From the IMG/VR virus record IMGVR_UViG_3300010403_000705, positions 186,001-250,000 of that record: a stretch of DNA of 64,000 nucleotides, one strand, 5' to 3'. Below are positions 57,715 to 64,000 of this stretch, piece by piece (position 1 is the stretch's first letter; each line of letters opens with the position of its first letter). The notes under the pieces are model-generated. The model had not been told where the DNA came from. It worked only from the letters and a program-made list of their open reading frames with translations, and ran no database searches. The position numbers and the translations under genes were made by a program.

Positions 57715-58800
57715 ATGCAAACAATAAATCAACTATTAGAATCTTGTAAAAATAAATTGGTATTTCTGCAAAATATGATACCTATCACGCAAAATCAAAA
57801 TAGGTTAAAAGAAATAGATGATTTGGTAAGTAATAGTAATATCTGGGCTTCTCCTAAAGAAGCCGCTTCTCTAATGAAAGAACGTCAAAAAGTTTCTGAC
57901 ATATTAAAGAAATTGTCTTCTTATCAAGATCAGATTAATTTTTACATAGAGTGTCAACAGTATATGCCAGAAGAATTAATAAAAATTTCTTCACAGGTAG
58001 AAGATTTGCATAAAGATATTTCTTTGTTTGAATTTAAACAGATGATGAATGATCCTATAGATGATAGTCCAGCTATTCTTACTATTAATGCTGGTGCTGG
58101 CGGATTAGAAGCTGCCAATTGGACCAGTATGTTATTGCGTATGTATTCTAGATATGCAGATTCAAATAAGTTTAAACTAGAAATGCTAGATATGAAACCC
58201 TCAGAAGAACATGCAAGTATTTGTACTGACTGTGTTTCTATAAGAGTGGAAGGTCCGTACGCATATGGATTTTTAAAAGGTGAGGCGGGAGTTCATAGAT
58301 TAATAAGAAATTCTCCGTTCAATTCAGGAGATGCTAGGCATACTTCTTTTGCTGCCGTGGCTGTTTTACCAGATATTGAAGACAAATTATCAATTGATAT
58401 TCAAATAAATGAGAAAGATATAGAAATTACTACTATGCGCGCCTCTGGTGCAGGTGGACAAAATGTTAATAAAGTAGAAAGTGCTGTTAGATTAAAACAC
58501 ATTCCAACAGGAATTGTAATTAATTCTCGTTCTGAAAGAGATCAGCATACCAATAGAAAAATAGCTATGAAGATTCTGAAAGCAAAACTTTATGAAATAG
58601 AAATGCAAAAACAGAATAAAGAGAAAGAAAAATATTTCTCCAGCATGCAAGATAATTCTTTTGGTCATCAAATAAGGTCTTATATTTTATTTCCAACTCA
58701 GATGGTCAAAGATCATCGAACAAATTTTGAAGTAAGAGATGCGGAAAAAGTCTTAGATGGAGATATTGAAGAATTCATTATGGCTTATTTACATTCTTAA
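57715..58800 (+). CDS. prfB: Peptide chain release factor 2, no programmed frameshift
   Basis: [14 protein letters not shown] (SPF), [17 protein letters not shown] (GGQ), QIRSY. Confidence 0.93.
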   Translation: MQTINQLLESCKNKLVFLQNMIPITQNQNRLKEIDDLVSNSNIWASPKEAASLMKERQKVSDILKKLSSYQDQINFYIECQQYMPEELIKISSQVEDLHKDISLFEFKQMMNDPIDDSPAILTINAGAGGLEAANWTSMLLRMYSRYADSNKFKLEMLDMKPSEEHASICTDCVSIRVEGPYAYGFLKGEAGVHRLIRNSPFNSGDARHTSFAAVAVLPDIEDKLSIDIQINEKDIEITTMRASGAGGQNVNKVESAVRLKHIPTGIVINSRSERDQHTNRKIAMKILKAKLYEIEMQKQNKEKEKYFSSMQDNSFGHQIRSYILFPTQMVKDHRTNFEVRDAEKVLDGDIEEFIMAYLHS

Positions 58801-58805
58801 TCAAA

Positions 58806-59381
58806 ATGATAAGTAATTTTACCATCAAAGATTTTATTAATTATAATAATCCATGTTTTTGCTGCGGAAATTCAGTTTCACTAAAAATGTTTTCTAGCGC
58901 AGATGAAATTATGGGCAGTGGAATAGTCCTAATTCCTGCCGTATATCAAAATGCACTAGAAGTGGATTTGGAAATTACCTATCTTTCAACTTTAAAATTA
59001 AAAATTTATCCAAAAACTAATAAATTTATTTCTTCGAGTCATGATAGCTTGACAAAATACTTACAAGGACGTAAACTGTCTTTGATAAGCAGATGTGATG
59101 GTTGTAGTACATTCGTTAAAAGTTTGAGTTTGGAATTTAATTTGGATAGAGAATTTATAAAACCTCTTTCTATTGAAGAAGAAATGTTGTTTTTATACGA
59201 TAAAGATTTTTTATTTAGGGTTAGATCTTTATTTAAAAATAATTACAGCGAATTGCTTATTATTAAATATAAAAAACCTTCCGAAACGTTCAAATTAACA
59301 ATGCCTCTTCAGCCAAGAAGTAAATTTAAAAATACACAACAGCTTCTAAAAAAAATAAAAACTTTAATGCTTTTCTCTTAA
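58806..59381 (+). CDS. Zinc-ribbon array member 4 (CFCC...CDGC; ends KIKTLMLFS)
   Basis: N-terminus IKDFINYNNPC resembles member 2 (IQDLLEYKKYC). Confidence 0.78.
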   Translation: MISNFTIKDFINYNNPCFCCGNSVSLKMFSSADEIMGSGIVLIPAVYQNALEVDLEITYLSTLKLKIYPKTNKFISSSHDSLTKYLQGRKLSLISRCDGCSTFVKSLSLEFNLDREFIKPLSIEEEMLFLYDKDFLFRVRSLFKNNYSELLIIKYKKPSETFKLTMPLQPRSKFKNTQQLLKKIKTLMLFS

Positions 59382-59425
59382 ATACATTGCTTATCATAAT
59401 GGTGTCCTTGCAGAAGGAATAAATT

Positions 59426-59767
59426 ATGAATAGTTCACACAATTGTCCGATTTGTAAAACTCTTATGATGGAAGATAAATATACTTTTCCAATCCCAGAA
59501 TCAACTGATTTGATCTGTCGTCAAGATAATCATTTTTTTGTAAAAAGAATTAGCCCAGTTACCAATCAAGTTTCGGAATTGAAAATTAAACTTCAGTGCG
59601 GAGAAGAAGAGCTGTATCTTAAAATAAATTATAATAGAAATTACACTGATGTATGGGCGACCGCAAATAATTCAAAACATATTAGAATTCCATATATCTT
59701 GATGTCAGATTTTGAAGATTTTAATAAAATTAAACATAAAATAAAAACTTGCCTTCTTTTTTCTTAA
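59426..59767 (+). CDS. Zinc-ribbon array member 5 (CPIC...C..DNH; ends KIKTCLLFS)
   Basis: AAGGA upstream. Confidence 0.78.
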   Translation: MNSSHNCPICKTLMMEDKYTFPIPESTDLICRQDNHFFVKRISPVTNQVSELKIKLQCGEEELYLKINYNRNYTDVWATANNSKHIRIPYILMSDFEDFNKIKHKIKTCLLFS

Positions 59768-59769
59768 TT

Positions 59770-60111
59770 ATGCAAATGCCAATTAAATGCCCAATCTGTT
59801 CCGGACCCATGAATAATGATTTTCTTCCATCTTCCGGCGGAAAAGAATATCTAAGGAAGTGTTGCGAAGTAAAACTAAATCATAAAATTATTTATACTTC
59901 TTCCATAAATCATGATGAGGTGCAGCAGTTTGATCTAATATTATCACTTGATAAGTTATCAGTAGCAAGATTTGTTTGGTCACCAAATCATAAAATACTT
60001 AATGTATATAAAAATAACACTCATACAACCAATATTCCATATTTTGAACCGCAATTAAATAACTTAAAAGCTCTAAAAGACAAGTTAAAATTGTATTTAT
60101 TATTCTTATAG
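59770..60111 (+). CDS. Zinc-ribbon array member 6 (CPIC...CC...NH; ends KLKLYLLFL)
   Basis: Likely start MQMPIKC at 59770. Confidence 0.75.
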   Translation: MQMPIKCPICSGPMNNDFLPSSGGKEYLRKCCEVKLNHKIIYTSSINHDEVQQFDLILSLDKLSVARFVWSPNHKILNVYKNNTHTTNIPYFEPQLNNLKALKDKLKLYLLFL

Positions 60112-60131
60112 CTGATGTTATATGAAATGCC

Positions 60132-60455
60132 ATGAAAGAGTTTTCCTATTGCCCAATTTGTGCGAATAAATTAAAAAGCCGACTGTTTAAGGATAACATT
60201 AAACTTCTTTCTTGCCAGGAAGGAGTGGCACATTACATTTCTTTTAAATTGCAAGACCAACAAATGTCAAACATGACATTATACTTAGATAATTATTCGT
60301 ACTTGGAAATGGATTTTTTAAAACAAATATCTACCTATTACTATGATCCTTTAAATGGGATGGCTAAGCTGGTGATTCCTAAAATTATAGAACCGGATTT
60401 TCCGCAACTCAAAAATTTAAAAGAAAAACTATTAAAGTATGTGTTGTTTACATAA
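60132..60455 (+). CDS. Zinc-ribbon array member 7 (CPIC...C...AH; ends KLLKYVLFT)
   Basis: Same layout as neighbours. Confidence 0.78.
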   Translation: MKEFSYCPICANKLKSRLFKDNIKLLSCQEGVAHYISFKLQDQQMSNMTLYLDNYSYLEMDFLKQISTYYYDPLNGMAKLVIPKIIEPDFPQLKNLKEKLLKYVLFT

Positions 60456-60497
60456 TCTTTTGGTAATTTACCAGTCTCTTGCATCTGTTGTTTTTAT

Positions 60498-60860
60498 ATG
60501 AAATGTGTGTTTTGTGATAATGATTGTGTCATACAAGCCAGAAGTAATTCCGCTTGTGAAAAGTATATGAAATTTGCGATGTTTTATCCTATTTGTAAAA
60601 TATGTCAAATATCCTATAAAGTCAACTGGTCAAAAAGAGAATATATATCTGCGATTGTTTTTATGATCAAAGATCAAGAAACTTGTCCAACTATTGTTAC
60701 TAATCATCTGATTATAGACGTACAAGAAAATTCTACCAAACTATTCGGTCGTGCCAATTTTGATAAACCTATTATTGATCTTTCTTATGCGATGGACATT
60801 CATCCAAATAATTTGTATGAACGTTTAACAAAATTAAAGAAATTAATTTTATTCTCATAA
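60498..60860 (+). CDS. Zinc-ribbon array member 8 (CVFC...CKIC; ends KLKKLILFS)
   Basis: Same layout as neighbours. Confidence 0.78.
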   Translation: MKCVFCDNDCVIQARSNSACEKYMKFAMFYPICKICQISYKVNWSKREYISAIVFMIKDQETCPTIVTNHLIIDVQENSTKLFGRANFDKPIIDLSYAMDIHPNNLYERLTKLKKLILFS

Positions 60861-60861
60861 T

Positions 60862-61194
60862 ATGAATTGTTATTACTGTAAACAAAATATTGATGTTATG
60901 TCATTGTGGTCTTATAGTAAAAATACTGTATTTTGTGAAAAATGTAAAGCTTATCAGAGTTATCACCAAGGATATTTATATAATATTTGTTTTATGTTCG
61001 ATGAAAATAAATCAGTCTCTGATCAGTCTACGAAAAAAGGTTACTGGATCGTAATCAATGTTGTGAGAAATCAATTCTCATTAGAGTTAAATAACTCAAT
61101 AATTATTAAGGATCTGCCCGAAGCTGATAAAATCACTCCTGCTAATGTACAAGAAACACTGTATAGACTATTGAGGTTAAAAGCGTATCTTTAA
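60862..61194 (+). CDS. Zinc-ribbon array member 9 (CYYC...CEKC; ends RLLRLKAYL)
   Basis: Zinc-ribbon body carrying the KAF-type tag variant. Confidence 0.78.
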   Translation: MNCYYCKQNIDVMSLWSYSKNTVFCEKCKAYQSYHQGYLYNICFMFDENKSVSDQSTKKGYWIVINVVRNQFSLELNNSIIIKDLPEADKITPANVQETLYRLLRLKAYL

Positions 61195-61199
61195 GTTAG

Positions 61200-61480
61200 A
61201 GAGTGTGAGGTGTGTTATTAAAAGATAATGCTATAAGATGCTTAAATAAAGATTAAGAGATAAAAATCGATTATTGGAGATATGGTTGGTAATTTGAGAA
61301 GGTTTGAGGGTGAGTAGAAGCTGAGATATGATAATACTGAGAGTAAAATGCAGTTAAATTATTACTTAACCCTCATTTGGGGGGCAAGGATCGTGCCCGC
61401 TCGACCCATCGCCAACCTTTCCATCGCTCACTGTATTGCCCTGTGGCGCGTTCTGTCTCTAAGACCTTACCCATCCTTTA
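61200..61480. other. Non-coding junction with GC-skew inversion and GC-content step
   Basis: Hand count: about 42 G vs 5 C in 61201-61350, about 15 G vs 35 C in 61391-61480; GGGGGG at 61379-61384. Confidence 0.65.
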
Positions 61481-61565
61481 TATGATGTATAATAATAAAT
61501 TTATCTTGTAGATAATGATCTTATTATTAATCATCTCCCATCATTGATCATATTAATAATTAATT

Positions 61566-61757
61566 ATGCAAACCAGACCCGTTATCGTGGTTTCCATTCA
61601 AACTAGCCTCAGATCATTCGAGATTCGGGCTTATCATGGGTCACCCATCGGCAAAAAGCGTTCGGCAGTCGATGCTATGCAAGCCGCACAACGTGGTAAG
61701 ACCGTGGTGTGGAGCAATGACGGGCGGGAACCCATCACCTTCAATGCCAGAGGCTAG
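61566..61757 (+). CDS. Small hypothetical protein
   Basis: 63 aa, first ORF after an AT-rich spacer. Confidence 0.55.
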   Translation: MQTRPVIVVSIQTSLRSFEIRAYHGSPIGKKRSAVDAMQAAQRGKTVVWSNDGREPITFNARG

Positions 61758-61761
61758 GGAT

Positions 61762-61902
61762 ATGGATCCTGTCATCATGATTCTGGTTTGGATCGGCGGG
61801 GCTTTCGGCTTTCAAGAGCGTTGGCACTGGAAGGGAACCGTAGGGTATCTGATTACTACGATGGTCTTGCAGTTCATCATCAGTTACTCACCCATCATCT
61901 AA
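61762..61902 (+). CDS. Small membrane protein (46 aa)
   Basis: MDPVIMILVWIGGAFG...KGTVGYLITTMVLQFII; GAGG/GGGA upstream. Confidence 0.55.
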   Translation: MDPVIMILVWIGGAFGFQERWHWKGTVGYLITTMVLQFIISYSPII

Positions 61903-61920
61903 TGGTCTCTGAGAGATATC

Positions 61921-62202
61921 ATGGAACTCCTTCTCACCAGCGTCCTGTTCATTGTCTGCTGTTTCATTGGCAAAGGCAAAGGAGTTGCAGCATACCTGAT
62001 TGGTACAGTGGCTATCATAGTGATGAGCAATCACCAAGCTGATATGTTGCAACTGTATAACAACCATCAGTTGCCGTTGCTTATCGGGGCTTCCATCATT
62101 CCCATCATCTCTATTATGATTAGCCGGTGGTGGGGACTATTCTTCTATCTGTTCGCTTCTATAGCAGTCACGGCTCTTGTCATAGCTACTGTCGTGGTCT
62201 AA
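61921..62202 (+). CDS. Multi-pass membrane protein (family A)
   Basis: GKGVAAYLIGT...YNNHQ...ISRWWGLFFY; GAGAG upstream. Confidence 0.75.
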   Translation: MELLLTSVLFIVCCFIGKGKGVAAYLIGTVAIIVMSNHQADMLQLYNNHQLPLLIGASIIPIISIMISRWWGLFFYLFASIAVTALVIATVVV

Positions 62203-62205
62203 TGA

Positions 62206-62234
62206 AGAGGGGGACTAGCGCCCCCTCTGTTGTT
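62206..62234 (+). terminator. Hairpin terminator-like
   Basis: AGAGGGGG-7 nt-CCCCCTCT, then GTTGTT, just after the stop. Confidence 0.65.
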
Positions 62235-62246
62235 AGAGTTGTGACT

Positions 62247-62281
62247 TGGTACATCACTTGCAGATTGCATATTCAATGCCA
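62247..62281. promoter_or_regulatory. 35-bp dyad of sigma54-like arms (copy 1)
   Basis: TGGTACATCACTTGCA-gat-TGCATATTCAATGCCA. Confidence 0.7.
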
Positions 62282-62334
62282 AGTGATGTAGATGATTGTT
62301 AGAGACCCATCAAGTAATCAATCTGAAATTAACT

Positions 62335-62637
62335 ATGCTCCTCATCTCGATCCTCTCCTTGGTTCTGTCAATCACCTCGATCTTCGTGGGTGGTGGCAAA
62401 GGAATTGCTATGTGGGTGATTGGCACGATTGCCTTAATCATCGCTGGCAACTTTCTGGGGAATGTGATTCAGATGTACAGCAATCATCAGGGACCCATCC
62501 TCCTGGCAACTGCGGGGATTCAGGTAGTGGCGATTCTCATCTCGCGGTGGTGGGGTTTGGTTTTTTACTTCGTTGCTTCGGTGGGTCTTACCCTGGTTCT
62601 TTTCCTCGGTGCCCTGGCTACCATGACGGTTGGTTGA
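62335..62637 (+). CDS. Multi-pass membrane protein (family A paralog)
   Basis: GKGIAMWVIGT...YSNHQ...ISRWWGLVFY. Confidence 0.75.
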   Translation: MLLISILSLVLSITSIFVGGGKGIAMWVIGTIALIIAGNFLGNVIQMYSNHQGPILLATAGIQVVAILISRWWGLVFYFVASVGLTLVLFLGALATMTVG

Positions 62638-62671
62638 TAGACCCATCTACTTGTTGCTCGGAGAGATAGCA

Positions 62672-62815
62672 ATGCTAACCATCTTTTGGCTGATTGGTCT
62701 GCTTTACTGTTGCATTAAGTCCGGTTCGGAAGGAGTAGCTTTTTACCTGCTGGCAACCTTCCTGTTTTTTCTTCTGTTAGGTCGTGTCAATTACAGCTTG
62801 CATAGTGGGTTCTAA
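62672..62815 (+). CDS. Small membrane protein (family A, short)
   Basis: CCIKSGSEGVAFYLLAT; GGAGA upstream. Confidence 0.6.
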   Translation: MLTIFWLIGLLYCCIKSGSEGVAFYLLATFLFFLLLGRVNYSLHSGF

Positions 62816-62835
62816 CCAATCTGTTGTATGCTGGT

Positions 62836-62870
62836 AGTCCTGGATCCTCCTAAAATAAGGATCCAGGACT
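62836..62870 (+). terminator. 13-bp stem hairpin
   Basis: AGTCCTGGATCCT-9 nt-AGGATCCAGGACT. Confidence 0.65.
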
Positions 62871-62890
62871 TACCTGTCATCTATTCTTGT

Positions 62891-62925
62891 TGGCATATCA
62901 ATTGCAATATACAGTATCTATACCA
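62891..62925. promoter_or_regulatory. 35-bp dyad of sigma54-like arms (copy 2)
   Basis: TGGCATATCAATTGCA-ata-TACAGTATCTATACCA. Confidence 0.7.
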
Positions 62926-62978
62926 AGGTGCAAAAAAGACTACTGCAAACCCATCCATTATTGATCTTGCTCTAAGTT

Positions 62979-63134
62979 ATGAAGAACCTCTTTTGGTACG
63001 GTGTGGTCTTCGTGGGCGGTTTGTTCGTTGGGACGCAGTACATCTCTCCCATCCTGCCGCAGTTGAATCATACTGTGACGGCGATTTCGGATGGCGCCAG
63101 TAGCGTCAAGTCGTCTCTTCCCAAGGTCAAGTAA
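62979..63134 (+). CDS. Small N-anchored membrane protein (family B, 51 aa, not in ORF track)
   Basis: MKNLFWYGVVFVGGLFVGTQYISPILPQLNHTVTAISDGASSVKSSLPKVK; paralog of 63170. Confidence 0.7.
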   Translation: MKNLFWYGVVFVGGLFVGTQYISPILPQLNHTVTAISDGASSVKSSLPKVK

Positions 63135-63169
63135 GTCCTGCGCCGACTCTTACATTACGATAAGCGACA

Positions 63170-63358
63170 ATGAAGACCATCTTTCTGACTTTGACTCTGG
63201 TTGTTGGTGGAATGTATGTGGGCGTCAAGTATGTGGCACCTATTGTGCCGCAAGCTCACATTCCGACGGCGGTAGAGTTCAAGGATGCTTTGCATAAGCT
63301 GCATCAGGAAGTCTCTTGTCCGGTCGGACCCAATCAGAGTAAGTGTCGCAAGATGTAA
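63170..63358 (+). CDS. Small N-anchored membrane protein (family B)
   Basis: MKTIFLTLTLVVGGMYVGVKYVAPIVPQ. Confidence 0.7.
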   Translation: MKTIFLTLTLVVGGMYVGVKYVAPIVPQAHIPTAVEFKDALHKLHQEVSCPVGPNQSKCRKM

Positions 63359-63388
63359 CCCATCACGATCGAAAGGATACTCAATATC

Positions 63389-63589
63389 ATGAATTATTCT
63401 CCGCAGAAGCGTGCTGCCCGTACTCGTGAGCTGAACCGGCTGATTGACGCGCAGCTCAAAGATGACGACGCTCGACCCGCCCGCGTCAAGCGTCTTCGGG
63501 CTCCCATCGACGACACCGATCTGCTGCCTGATCTCTACCGCTCTCCACGCGGTCGGCGTAAGCAGAAGCCGCACCATACCCACGACTGA
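63389..63589 (+). CDS. Small basic protein
   Basis: Arg-rich 66 aa, GAAAGGA upstream, GC-rich codons. Confidence 0.7.
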   Translation: MNYSPQKRAARTRELNRLIDAQLKDDDARPARVKRLRAPIDDTDLLPDLYRSPRGRRKQKPHHTHD

Positions 63590-63596
63590 ACCAACT

Positions 63597-63626
63597 ATGC
63601 CTGGCACCTTTTAGGTTGCCAGGCAT
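63597..63626 (+). terminator. Hairpin terminator-like
   Basis: ATGCCTGGCA-CC-TTTT-AGG-T-TGCCAGGCAT, then TATTATTT. Confidence 0.7.
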
Positions 63627-63646
63627 TATTATTTAAACTAGTTGTT

Positions 63647-63785
63647 TGGCATATGAGTTGCAATTAGCACAAGCTGTACCAAGGGCAAATTTAATAAGCC
63701 TGCACTTATGGCACGGAAGTTGTAATTAGCATAAGCTGTTCCAAGTCTTATGGCACGCTAGTTGCTAACTACAAGTCTTGTACCA
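63647..63785. promoter_or_regulatory. Three tandem 35-bp sigma54-like dyads (63647-63681, 63709-63743, 63751-63785)
   Basis: TGGCATATGAGTTGCA-att-AGCACAAGCTGTACCA; TGGCACGGAAGTTGTA-att-AGCATAAGCTGTTCCA; TGGCACGCTAGTTGCT-aac-TACAAGTCTTGTACCA. Confidence 0.75.
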
Positions 63786-63978
63786 AGCTCTGTGATGTCT
63801 TAGAAGACACCCATCAATTACTATGATGTTGCTTAGACACCGGTTGACGCTAAGCAAAGCGCGAAACCGAAGCGGTGGCGAATAGCTGCTGCGCCCCTTA
63901 CGGTGGTTTCTCTCTCCCATCCCGTAAAGGGGTGATCCAATAAGAGAGACAGATTCCAGCAACCAAAAGGAGCGCATC

Positions 63979-64000
63979 ATGAATTCTCGCACCGACCACA
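63979..64000 (+). CDS. Start of a CDS running off the window
   Basis: AAGGAG at 63967-63972, ATG at 63979 (MNSRTDH...). Confidence 0.55.

Noticed and set aside
941-57724. Many 60-130 aa ORFs antisense to or nested in long genes (e.g. 2744-2953, 5669-5965, 22312-22653, 36761-37156, 49574-49873)
   Set aside because: These are shadow ORFs of well-supported genes, with no motifs or ribosome-binding sites.
1-61194. Alternative genetic code (TAG or TGA recoding), suggested by the phage RF2
   Set aside because: Genes up to 2372 aa are uninterrupted in code 11, and tagged genes end at the same motif position whether the stop is TAA, TGA or TAG (e.g. TAG at 60111).
14311-61194. The C-terminal tag as a DNA repeat or attC-like recombination site
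   Set aside because: Synonymous codons and stop codons vary while the amino-acid pattern holds, and I saw no shared flanking palindrome. Occasional recombination through the short homology is not excluded.
62421-62432. TGGCACGATTGC as another sigma54 site (also CTGGCAC...TTGC at 63601)
   Set aside because: The GG-GC spacing is wrong; the first lies inside a CDS and the second is a terminator stem.
63647-63785. CRISPR array
   Set aside because: Units are degenerate in their middles, spacers are only 27 and 7 nt, other copies are dispersed, and no cas gene is visible.
61636-63992. Alternative-frame ORFs in the GC-richer region (61788, 62292, 62434-, 62828, 63091, 63155-, 63765-)
   Set aside because: They overlap ORFs supported by paralogy and SD sites, or run across hairpins and dyads; higher GC makes spurious ORFs more likely.
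1-64000. tRNA/rRNA genes, integrase, transposase, chimallin
   Set aside because: No cloverleaf/T-loop signature or recognisable motifs were seen; a divergent chimallin could be missed without a structure search.

Overview
This window is a 64 kb slice of a very AT-rich large tailed-phage genome, probably a jumbo myovirus (baseplate J-like gene, tubulin/FtsZ-family protein, own sigma factor). It reads cleanly in the standard genetic code. Left to right it holds: baseplate/tail megaproteins (1-12.1 kb); a glycosyltransferase/RmlB/Fpg block; tubulin, an SF2 helicase, DnaC- and DnaB-like replication genes; a sigma factor, class Ia RNR, PIN-PhoH and MetAP; tail-fibre genes; a mostly minus-strand block (ThyX, IMPDH/GMP reductase, IF-1, DEDDh exonuclease, SET, HD, dUTPase); and a tandem array of zinc-ribbon paralogs with RF2 inserted in it. 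At about 61.38 kb the GC skew flips and GC content jumps, starting a GC-richer region of small membrane proteins. Three things stand out. (1) 23 small, mostly unrelated proteins across the window end in the same stop-anchored peptide, [KR]-hydrophobic-x-x-hydrophobic-x-x-F-x-COOH, which none of the recognisable enzymes carry. (2) The GC-richer region has five exactly 35-bp dyads, each made of two face-to-face sigma54-like (-24/-12) arms, and each dyad or dyad cluster sits just after a hairpin. (3) The Fpg gene apparently needs an ATT start codon. All domain calls are by-eye motif recognition; no database or HMM searches were run.
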